Below are positions 14,375 to 26,216 of a stretch of DNA of 64,000 nucleotides, piece after piece. A program made the position numbers and the translations under genes. The stretch is from NCBI GenBank assembly GCA_003344405.1, contig NOWV01000026.1:1-64000 (forward strand), written 5' to 3'. Source of the stretch: Trichoplax sp. H2 (lineage: Eukaryota). The first letter of the stretch is position 1; each line of letters begins with the position of its first letter. The notes under the pieces were generated by a model, which was given only the letters and a program-made list of their open reading frames with translations, made no database searches and had not been told where the DNA came from.

Positions 14375-17300
14375 ATGGTCTACAAGAAAGAAACTTTCTT
14401 AGAGTTTTCGTAATTATGACTATCAGTGTACTACAGCGATTAATTATATATAGAAAAAAATCCACTGATCGCTATTACTGATCTTATAAATATTCTAGTC
14501 AGCAATATATCGACGTCGAAAGGAGGGAAGAAGCATTTGAATTGTCACCATCTAATATTCCAAAATCAACACCAGTTAAAGCAGTAGGCAAATTTATTGA
14601 ATCTCTAAAAATTCTTATATTTTTCCCGAATTAGTAGTTATTAGTTGACTGATTTACATTCGCTATAACTAGCGCGATGCTGTTAAGTTTGGAATCGGAC
14701 ACGACTATCGGTTATGCCCCTCGAATGCTTATCTTCATTACAATAAGGTTTATATAAATGCTTTTCAAGCTAATACTATACAGAATAAAGTATTTTTAAA
14801 CCAATCTAATTAATTCTATATAAGACGCAAAGAAATAGACGGGCGGAATCTATAAAACTAGACCTTCAAAAATGGATGACTTCAAGACGGCAACCAGTAA
14901 GACTTGGATTTCATATAAAAATTAACTTATTGAATAGACGGTTATACTATATAAATATGATACTCTACGGCTGCACTTATATATAAACTCAACATAGAAC
15001 AAAATGTAATAATTCCGTATCTTTCAGCCATCAAAGTCTGAGGAAAACCTCGCTCTCAATAAATATTTAATCTATCACCGGGATTTAAATACTTCTTTAA
15101 ACACCTCAGGAAGGAAAACTAACCGAAAATCGTAAGAAATTGAATATTTTTGAATTCATTCAGTCCTCGCTATATCAGCCTACATGTACTAAACTATCAA
15201 GCCGTAGACGATTTTACGAAAGTAGAAATTTTTAAAGATTAATAGTTAATGTTATGAAATACGTAAGCGCTTAAATGCATTTGCGATACGTAAATATAGT
15301 TATTCGGACTACTATTTTTCAGGAATTGCCCACTATTTAATGATCATATCAAACTATCGCGAAGATCTCCGATGCCAAATATTAGTAACTTAGAGAAAGA
15401 ACGATTGACAGCGGCAGCATCGAATTTGATTATCGCTCTAGTAAGTAGCTGTTGTGACAAATTACTTATACTCATAAGTCATGGAATCTGTACTCAAACT
15501 ACTATAATTGTTAATTTATAAATTGTTCAAGGAAAATATAACATTAGGATATAAAGCTAAAGGCCCAACCTTATCTGGACATAATGAAAAACATTATATA
15601 GAGTATAAGGTTAGCAGTTAATGCAATTGTTTACTACTAGCAGAGTAGAATTCTCTCAAATAGGAACTTGGTGGAATGATTAAACTCATATTGGGTGTGT
15701 TTTGCTTATGATAGAAGCAGCGGTGTCATAACCACAGCCATACAAGTGAGATAAGAAAGCATCCATCACCTAGAAAGCAGAAGCTCTCTTCGAATAGCAA
15801 TAACAAATTGAAGTCTAAGGATCAACCTATAAGCACGCAACAAAGTCATTTGAAGGTTTCAGTATTTAATTAAACGTTTTATTAAATGTTTGATTTATGC
15901 GTCAACAGGAATATCAACATGTATATTGAATCAATATATTATATTTTAAGAACGGGAAAACGAAAGCCTTAGTTTCATCCTTTGAGACTTTGCAACCGTT
16001 AGTCGATATTTGATACATCATGATTCCTAATTATAAAAGTATTTTAACATTATTTTTCTATTTACTTTAGTATGGACTTGCTACCAGACGCCCCCAAAAA
16101 GAATTATTTTGATATTCAAAGATCGAAAAGTTCATGGCAAGCCGAGAAGATTTTAATTAAGAAGGGTAACTTATAACCTCAGTCTCTTTAAGTTTTTGGC
16201 CATGTTAAGTGAAAGCATTGTTCTTATGTCGTTAGTATTTAGGTACGAACTGTATATACAAATTGAAAATAGAGACGTTCTTCCCCTACTGACGGTTAAC
16301 TTATATGGCCGGGACGGTTCAACTGGAGAATGTACATTATTTTGCCCATTACAACAAATGCCAGTTAACGAAAAAATTATGGCAAGTATAAAATACATTG
16401 ATAAGCCTAGGTTCAGTTTTCTGTCTCCTAGAACGAAATCGATGTCAAATCACGGTCATATTAATTTTTGTTTTAATAATCTGCTGAAGGTGTTTTTGCG
16501 ATTTTAATTTTTTTTAATTTCCTATATATAAGGTACACATCTATAAAATCGATTCTTTTGATCCCATTGGAACTGTAAAGGCTCTTGCAATTGGGCTAAG
16601 TGAAGATTCTGAACTAAAAGATTGCTACATAGACAGAGTTATCGTAAAATCATTAAATGAAAACGCACCAGGGATCACATTTAACTGCCAGAGGTCAGCT
16701 ATAAGACCTTTGCTGTTACTTCTCACGTCTCTGATATTAATTTTCGAAATTACTTTTGATAGTTACTTAAAGCGTACTAGCAATGGCATAGGATTGAAGT
16801 TATTCCGAATCACCGAAAGTAGTACAATTTCTTTTGTATACTGTATATGCTATATTCTTGAGATAATACTTTTATTAGCAAATCTACTAATTAATGAAAC
16901 TATGAACTTACTCCAGATAATACGAATATAATTACATTAGGTGAAAAAAGCGGTGATACCACTAATTCTCCAAGCGTAGTACGCAGTTACAGCAGTGACC
17001 AATCCTCAAAGATCTCTGACGATTCAAGGAGGACTTCCTTACATGGCACAGATACCGGCAGCGATATAGATGACACAGATCAGTTTCCTGATATGAGAGA
17101 TTACGCATACGACACCGAAACAAAAAATGAATATCGCAAATCAGAGGAACATTCTGAATATCGAGGCATGCGATTAAAGTAGTACTCTACCGATACCGTC
17201 ATTCCTGCTACTAATGACTCCGTGCTTTACAGATTTTACTGACAACAGTGAAAATTCGGCATTGGAAGTTCCCACCATAGGAGATACTGAATTATCAGAT

Positions 17301-19248
17301 GATCAGGTTATTACATTGCATTCGTTTACTATTCTTAATCAGAGAGAATATTGAGGACAATCGGCTCAATATATTCACGATGTCATTAATTCTTAAATCA
17401 GTTACTAATATATACTTTAGGTACTGCCTTCTGTGGGGGAGAGAAACGGATTCGAAAACGATAACGGTAGTGTAAACCTGGGCGTGTATGTTGTTTTTTG
17501 ATCTACATAATATGTAATGGCTGAAACAGAAACGTATATTCGATCTTAACGTAGACCGTTCCGTTCATTCTGCTATCAAGAACGGAAATTTACCGCTACT
17601 GAAGAAGCTACTGCGAGGCAACCCAAGCGCACTTTAGTAAGATCTTTGAAAATTATTATATAGATAAGTAGCTTTCAACTAATTTATTCCATGGACTCCT
17701 CAACAGTGATGCAGACGCAGAGGGATGGATCCCTTTACACCTAGCTGTAAAGTATGGGCAAACTAATTGCGTTAAAGTAAGAAATATTAGATTTAATTAT
17801 AATATCGTGTACTCATAATAATTCTGGGATTTAAACATACGTTTGGTCTCATAGTGGTTAGCCGTAAATGGTGCTGATATAACGCAAGAGAATTCTACCG
17901 GTTTTACATGCATGCATTTAGCTGTAATTTATGGTCATGTTCATATTCTTCAGGTAAAATGTAGCTAATTTTATATAGCAGTAGTAGTAGCTAGACATAA
18001 ATTTGGGTTTCAGGTAATGTCACTTCTCATTTTGGTGTTACCTTACACTATTACTATAGCTCTGTGATGCATTAGGATGCTCAATTGAATCGTCAACTAT
18101 CGATCAACAAAGTCCATTACATTTGGCAGCAGCACAGTTCGTATTAATGAAATTACTTTTCGTAAAATATTTTCAATCATCATAATATCACTACAATTGT
18201 TATTTTGAACTCTCCTCGTTTAGTGGAAAGATAGAATGCTGTCGATGGCTCATTGCGAATAAGGCTAACGTCAATGCAATTGATTCTTCAGGCCGCAGCC
18301 CCTTAGACTTAGCGGAGGTTCGTATTGGAAAAATTAAACCTGTCTATTAGTCAGTAAACTATGTGTAGCTCTGTAATAATATTACCTAATAATAGCATGT
18401 AAATATATCGTCCTTCACGTACTATATCCACTATAAAGGTTTCTCAACAATTTGAAATAGCCAAGCTTCTACGTTTATATGGTAAACAGTTTTTATCCAT
18501 AAAAGTTCATGATTATTGTAAGATTACCATGCAATTTACTAATAAATCGCATATTGCTGTATTTATTTTATTTAGCAAAGGAATTAAATCGTGCAGATAG
18601 CGCCGTATTTCTATTGCATAGTCCATCGTTAGTATACCGTATCCACATGCTTTACTAATACTTAAAGATAAAATGTAGCGAAAAAACTGTATATTTACTA
18701 TAAGAAACGGTCGTAATTGTATATTTCAAGCAATTTAAGATGTTCTAAAGTAATGTCATTTATGTTGTAAACTTAGTGAACCTAGGTCTGCAATGCAGGG
18801 AGACGGTTGGATTAGTGACATGGATAGTAATGTAAGGATTTGAACACTAATACATAATGACAAAAGTCTATCCCAGTTCCTCGTTGTATCTCTCTTAAAT
18901 ATACTGTAGTACACATGTTAATATGTTAATTAACTAGTTTATATTACAAAATATTTTTATGAACTGCTACTAATTTTGTGAAAAATAATTATAGATCGAT
19001 TCTGATAGTAATCAGAATGCTGATAGGAGTGTTATGGCACAGTTAAGCGATATTAAGGTGTATAGATATACCAATTGATTTATGCTTGTTAGAACAATAA
19101 ATTCTTTGATTCAATCTCATAGAAACTATCTCCTCAAACTGATTTTGTGTTGCAGGAGAAGAAGCATCGTTACGAAGTGATTAAAAATAAGATGCAGAAG
19201 CAAGACTCCTTGTTCTTAGATCTCATAAGGAACGAAATAGAATCATAG
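14375..19248 (+). CDS. Uncharacterised multi-exon protein: low-complexity N-terminus, divergent PLAT/LH2 domain, acidic linker, about 5 ankyrin repeats, short C-terminal helix
   Basis: About 25 small phase-compatible exons. PLAT-like segment at 16236-16820 (YELYIQIEN...LTVNLYGRDGSTG...IDSFDPIGTVKALAIGL...YIDRVIV...FNCQSYL). Ankyrin repeats at 17556-18481 (GWIPLHLAVKYGQTNCVKWL, GFTCMHLAVIYGH, QSPLHLAAAHGKIECCRWL, GRSPLDLAE). Ends ...FLDLIRNEIES*. Start codon is tentative. Confidence 0.8.
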
Positions 19249-20371
19249 CGTGTTAATGTTAATTATCAATATAAATGAGCTGGTTTAATAATTAATATAA
19301 TTAATATATATAATCAAATCATAGATCATGACGGTTTCAACGTTTCTTATTTGATTCCTTATTAATTATTGCTCTGACTTGAGCCGATGGCTATATTACC
19401 TAGGAAATGAGGGATTATAAAAGATTCAGTTTGCAGTAACTTTATTAACGCTGCAATCGTGCAGTCGTACCAGACCTGTGTTCGTTATTGTACTATTAAA
19501 ATACAGCGAAAAACAAACCTGCGATCTGAATGAGTAATAAAGCTACAATAAATTCTGAATACTTTATTCTTTCAATTTCGCTGGATTTGCTACTTAAAAT
19601 TATAGCTAACTTTTAGCACCGTACTTTCTGTTACATTAATACTCTTTGTGCTTTAGTGATTAAGGTTTAAAAGTTGTTAGTACAAACCGGGCCTATAATA
19701 TGCCAATTTTACTCTTATCTGATACGGAAATAACGTGATCCTTTCAGAACATCAAAAGATGATTAATCACACTGGACCATAAATTCTGGGTTAGATGGCT
19801 ATAAGAAGACTAGGTTGCTCCAGCCTCTATACATTCAAATTAAGTAGTACGATCTACAGGAAATATACGCTTATACCACAGTATCAGAATATTAATGACC
19901 GAAACTCGTCTTAATAATGTAAATGAATACCATAAAGGCAATATTGGAGACAAAATTTTTAGGTCAACAACATCAAATAAATCAGGTTCAATATCTTTTT
20001 GCCAATCAAAAGGGCCCTAGATTCATTTTATTTTATTTAAATTTTGTTTGCTTCTATCCTTTCAAAATATCAATATTCTGTATGAATTGTAACAATTAAG
20101 CACTACATTATCTTTTGGCGTACCCGTATACTGTATGTAGATTAACTAATATATTTATCAGAGAATACACTGTAGCATCAAAATAAATTGCGCAAAATTA
20201 CAGTAACACAATGTAGTAATTTGTAATCGCAATTCTGGTTTTAGACCAAAATCATTTGAGCTCTAGTTTTAAGTAGTATCGAATATAGATGGTATTGACA
20301 TAGGGTGGACCTTTAAACAGTATCTGATATTAGCCATATACAGGTAATGATCCTAATAACATATAAAATTG

Positions 20372-21128
20372 TCAGGGCGCTTTGGTGACACCTACCATAG
20401 CTGGCCTTAAAGTTCTGCCATGCAATAAATATCCAGCCTTAGAGACTTGTGCGATACTTCCATCGGGTTTTTCTCCGTTCTCCACTTGAAACAAAGCTTC
20501 ATGAAAATTAGGGTCAAATTTCTCATTTATTGGATATATTTTTCTTAATCCATGAGCAGAGAAAACTTTTTGAAGTTGAGATTCAGTTAGCTTGAGGCCT
20601 TCATACAAAGATTTGAAATGCTGATTAGCAGCAGCAGAGGCAATTTCTTGCTGAGGAACACTCTCAGTTGCTTTTTCTAAGATATCTGCTACCGCGATGA
20701 TGTCTTTAGAAAAATTTTGGATGGCATACATCTTGGCATCATTAATTTGCCTGACTGTTCTTTCCCGCATATTTTCAATTTCTGCTAAGGTGCGTAGGTA
20801 TTTATCCTAAGTTCAAATAGACACAATATATAGATATAATACCTCAGAAGTGACATTCACTTGCAATCGTAACTGCGAAATTTATCGAATACAGATGAAC
20901 GAATCTTACGCGAGTTTCTCGCAGTTCTTCTTGAATCTGAGCAATGTTGGCGTCTGCTTCTGCGGAGTCCTTCTTGCTACTTTGATCCTCCGGGTTGGTA
21001 CTCGTGTTAGTTAATTTCGTTCTATATTGAGACAGACTTCTAATACTTATACAGCTATATAATTTAATGCTACTAGTTCGACTTAGAAAATGAAATAAGC
21101 GATGTGAACGTGTACTGATTGACGCCAT
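20372..21128 (-). CDS. GRPEL1: Mitochondrial GrpE nucleotide exchange factor for mtHsp70, 2 exons
   Basis: Exon 1 (20910-21128) has an Arg/Ser-rich presequence. Exon 2 (20372-20806) encodes DKYLRTLAEIENMRER...FDPNFHEALF...GYLLHGRTLRPAMVGV, the GrpE signature. Confidence 0.96.
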
Positions 21129-21233
21129 AAATTACCACTATGTCCGTAATCTTATGAGGCTTAATTGAATAAAAGTGCTACACTAAATCAAACACTGTGG
21201 CATGGGTTCAATTCAAATCAGATGTTACGTTAT

Positions 21234-21430
21234 GTTACTACTTCAGCCTGGCAGTACAGTAAGTCCAGTAAATATCCAGTACAGTACTGCACAGTGCAAT
21301 GTTGCATTATCGGCGTTACTACTTCAGCCTGGCAGTACTGTACTGTACTGTACTGTACCGTACTGTAAGTCCTGTAAATACTGTATCCAGTACAGTATTG
21401 TACTATACTGTACAATGTTATATTATCAGC
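21234..21430 (+). repeat. Local tandem duplication (81 bp and 116 bp copies)
   Basis: Both copies begin gttactacttcagcctggcagtac (21234 and 21315) and end attatc(g/a)gc. Confidence 0.9.
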
Positions 21431-21712
21431 AGCGATTCACCACATGCTGGTGCAAAAAATTTTAGCCCCTACAGTACAGATGTACAGTACAGATGTACTG
21501 TACACATGTACATATTGTACTGTACAGTACAATGTACAGTACTGTACAGTACAATGTACAGTACTGTACAGTACAGTACAGTACTGTACAGTACCTTGTG
21601 AAAAGATCGTAATAACAGTACTCCAGTAGTCCAGTGTACAGTACTGTACTGTACTGTACGGTACAGTTAGTCCACCCCAGCTACAGTACAGTACAGTAAT
21701 GTACTGTACTTG
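21250..21712. repeat. TACAG/TACTG pentamer array in the GrpE/XPNPEP3 divergent promoter
   Basis: Long mixed-orientation runs, e.g. 21517-21594. Confidence 0.92.
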
Positions 21713-21809
21713 TTAGTGGTTGATATAGGCTTAATAGATCATATACGCGTAGAATTAAATTAAAGGGAAAAGTATTAAATTAAATAAATAACTCTAAATC
21801 TGACGTACG

Positions 21810-24800
21810 ATGGCTGTCTATCAAAGGAAGCACATTTCTAGCATTTTACAAAGTAAGTTCGTTATTATTAAAGTACGTACAGTATTATAATGTAGTTATT
21901 TGTATAAATACTGCATATGCTAAATTGTGATTAATGTCAATTAAGATAAAACTGTTACTGTAGCTCTGATTTCGTTATAATCATAATAATTGTACGCATA
22001 TACGTACCTACTGGATATACGTACGGATATATCCAGCAAGACCTTTGCAGATCTTGCATCTGCTAAAGAACAGGTCTACAACAAGGACGAATTTAATGCT
22101 AAGAAAGTATAAAGCTATCGAAGCTGACCAAACGAATAGCTGGACTTATCCTGATATGATACCTAAAAATGAAGGTTCTTTGATGCTAATATCGTGATAT
22201 TTGAGTCTTAAAAGTTCATAATCTTAATTAGTTGTAATGATTTACGCGTATGCATGCATTAGTACGAGTATTTTCTTCTTTGATTTGTATTGTTCTATAC
22301 GAAGTTGCATCTACACCCGAAATCTTAACATCAGAATATCGTCTTCGACGGAATAAGCTCATGTTGTACGTACCATACTATACAGAGTTTAAATTAAATA
22401 GCCTGTATTATGCCAAGTTTATCTTATTGTGGAGCTATCAGAAAATCATGTGTAATCTTTCAATCAAGAATAAATGTTAAAAGAAATTGATAAAACAAAC
22501 AACTTAAAAGATTTATTATACATACAGATCTGTAGCGAATGCAACTAAAGATATTGGATCCAAAAAGTATGTTGCAGTTATCGCTGCGAATCCAGTTTAT
22601 TATATGGCCCCTGATGTCCCGTTAGTATAATTGAGACCTTCCGTATAATATACCTACACCTTAATAACTGACCGCAATAAACTATACTGTCATATTACTT
22701 GGGAGAGTATGCACGGTCACGCATTATTTTACTGCTAATTAAGTTGCAGTTCATTTTAAACATATGAAGACTAATGGGTATTCTTTCCGGAATTGCAGTT
22801 ATCCCTATAGGCAAAATTCAGATTTTTTATACTTGACCGGTTTCCAAGAGCCAGACGCAGTCTTAGTGTTAGGTTAAAACATTATTATAGATTGCCAGTT
22901 TACTTACGCCTAATAATTCGTTGGTCACTTTTGCATTGATATACGTAGAATCTACTGATCTTACATGTTACAAAAGCATCTTATTTGTTCGCGAGAAAAA
23001 CCCTCAGCAGTAAGTATTAATATGACTAGAATTTCTAATAACTATTTAGACGATAATGTTGGTTCTAGTTCTGTCTATAAGATTCATGTTTCTACTGCAA
23101 TCATTGTAGAGAATTATGGGATGGTCCACGATGTGGAGTTGAAAACGTATCAGAGCTATTCGGTATTGATGAGGTATCTAAGGGATGAGTTTAAATTGAC
23201 TGGAACGATTTATATTTCCTTTACTAACTGGCCACTTTCTTGCATAGGGATGCTCTATTAATAAATTACCTGAGTACTTGAGTGCATGGTTAGCTAATAT
23301 TGTTATGCTACCCATATTTGTAAAGTTTTAAGGATATTAGTAGTAATTAGCTTGTTTTCTATTTTTTTACTGACGTTGATATGGTATCAGGCATAACTGT
23401 ACATTCTGGGTAAATAATCTAAGCACAAAGATTCAAAATCTGTTACACAGCTTCCGCAGAGGTACGTTACTAAACTTGTAGTGATGAAGGTAGTTATGGG
23501 CTTATTAATAAATTTTGAAAGAAATATAATGCAAATCAATCTTGTATTTAGAATATTTTGATTTGAGCAGTTTCATTCATAGCTTAAGGATAATAAAGTC
23601 TAGCTCAGAAATAGACCTTATGAAATTGTCCGCAATTACTGCTTCAAGAGCAATGGCCGAGGTAAATTATCGGTGATGTTTGATGGGTTGCATGTTACAA
23701 CTATTTCATACACATTCGATTCTTCGCCCATAGACGATGAAAGCGAGCAATGCCGGCATTAGTGAGGCCTTCTTACATGCATACTTCGAGTTTGAATGCC
23801 GTAAAAATGGAGCGGATGCTTTAGCTTATCCACCTGTTGTTGCTGGAGGGAGAAGAGCGAACATATTACATTATACTAAGAATTCGCAGCTGATTGTGTT
23901 AGTTCTCATAACATCCAGTAGACATTTATATTCGATATTATGCGGTATCATTAATAGAAAATAATATATACATATATACATATACTGTATATTATTATTA
24001 TTACAGCATTATTAATAGTAAGTGTTGTTGAAGCCTTTCTAAAAAATCAATTTCAGTTTGAATTTCATCTCTTTTGCTCGTTAAATAACTGATCCTAACT
24101 AAAAAATTAAATGATAAGTAATGTACAATAAGTACTCTTGCTGCATACTTAGTACTCAAAAACATTTTACTGAAATGCAAGCGTACTTTACATGAGTATT
24201 TTAAAGCCTTCAACTGATCCAAGTACATAATTTTGAACCTTTGCTAGGCAAAGTGTAAAATACCATATGTAAGCTAAATAAATAGTCTTTAAGGTTCGAT
24301 AATCATAATACAGCAGACTATATGATGATTGATTATGGTACGTAAATAACGCATGATAATATTTCAAATTTAATAATTAGTGATTGTTATATTATTATCG
24401 GTCTTAAGATATACAATTTCTTCTATTCCTACTTTAGAGATGACGAATTAGTTCTCGTAGACGCCGGATGTGACTATCGCTGTTATTCTAGCGATATAAG
24501 TAGAACATGGCCAATTAATGGAAGGTTTAATAGAGCTCAGCGCCAGCTTTATGAAGCCATATTAGATGTTCAAGAAACTTGCATAAAAGTAGACTATATC
24601 AGTTAAATGATATAATATAACAGTACATTCTACTATACTGCAACTGATAACAGTAATTTGATACAGCGTTGCCTGTATTTGTATCACTTCATGCAGGCCA
24701 TAATAAATACATATATTTAATAGTTAAAATTTTTATTATAGGCATGTAAACCCGGTATATCACTTAATGATTTATATGTGATAATGCAAAAGCAACTAGA

Positions 24801-25708
24801 ATCCAATGTTGTCGGTAAGTTCATACTACTAGTAATATAGGATTTCACATAATAGTGTATCCATGGACTACTAAAAAAAGACTTCTTTTAGTAGTCCATA
24901 GTGTATCTCATCCATGTTTGAAACTAAAGCAATAAAAATCTTCGAATAGGCGTAGGAATATTTAAAGATTCATCTTTAAATAGGGAGAAAATTCGGCTGG
25001 TTAATCTTTTGTATCATATGTGTTTATAACTAAATATCAGCTAAATCCACTAAATGTAAACGAAATTCCTATATCTTCCTATTTATTTCAAATCAAAGCA
25101 GATTTGTAACAACTTATGCCCACATCATGTTGGTCATTATCTTGGAATGGACGTGCACGACACGACGTCAATTTCTACCACTAAGCAACTTGAGGAACAC
25201 ATGGTAATAACTGTTGAACCTGGTATATATATTCCCCACGATGCCGACTACATTCACACAGAGTAAGTTGACATATTGTACTAACGAAACTTTATTGGCT
25301 TCAGTTACGTGATAACGAAACTGTATTTTTTCTGAGTGTATCACTTCGTTGAGCTTGTTTAATAAAGGTGGCTGTGCAAGCTATAGTACGTACTAACATT
25401 CTAATGTGTATCAGAAATTATAGCTGAATTAACCTTAATATCCAGTACGGTACAAGTACTAGCACATCAGAAGTGTTCCAATTACTTGTACTAGTTGTAT
25501 TTAGGCTTTATGATACTATCGGCATCACTTTTCAGAAATAATTACAACTCTTCCTGATACTGATGCTTATTGCCGCATTAGGTTCCGTGGTATAGGAATT
25601 CGAATTGAAGATAACCTTTTGATTACCCCAAATAATCACGAAGTAATAACAAGCATGTGCCCGAAGACAGTAAATGCCATTGAAGAGACAATGTCGAATC
25701 AAAGTTGA
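21810..25708 (+). CDS. XPNPEP3: Xaa-Pro aminopeptidase 3 / mitochondrial intermediate-cleaving peptidase Icp55-like, about 16 exons
   Basis: Spliced motifs [106 protein letters not shown] (M24B metal ligands). Basic N-terminal presequence. Stop at 25706-25708. Confidence 0.95.
24862..24900. mobile_element. 39-bp palindromic mini-element with 7-bp target-site-like duplication (MITE / P-superfamily-like)
   Basis: Perfect 14-bp inverted arms atggactactaaaa / ttttagtagtccat, flanked by identical gtgtatc at 24855-24861 and 24901-24907. Lies in an XPNPEP3 intron. Confidence 0.7.
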
Positions 25709-26216
25709 ATATTAGGATATTTTCGTAGATACTAAATTGTTTAAAAGCAGTATTTGGCGTATCTCTTCGGTGATCTGAGTTGTTCGATACAATTGATTTG
25801 TAGCGTAATAACTCTGGATAAGAAAATTATCATTTAATTTAATAAATACTCGAATAATATAATAAGTATGCATAAGCTATAAAGCAATAAGAAAATTTTA
25901 GCACAATATACCAATTCTCATCAATTCAGCAGAATACATATATCGATACCCGCCGGTACCCGGATGATCATACTGCAATATTATTCTGTACTTTAACGCA
26001 CGAGTACAATACTGTAATTTAGCAGAAAAAAGTATCTGCAACGTAATTCCAAATTTCACTAAAGTGAAACGAAATTCATAATGTATAATATTCACTTAAT
26101 TCTAACTTTGCTATTTTTATCATTTTAATCTAACAACTAGTAAATAAGTTATAATGCAATCTTATTCTAAAATATTATAGTATTGTACAATGCTGCACAT
26201 CAGCAATAGTGCCTCT

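Noticed and set aside
21234..21712. CRISPR-like array suggested by repeated palindromic units
   Set aside because: Eukaryotic intron-rich context, no constant repeat with unique equal-length spacers, and no cas genes.
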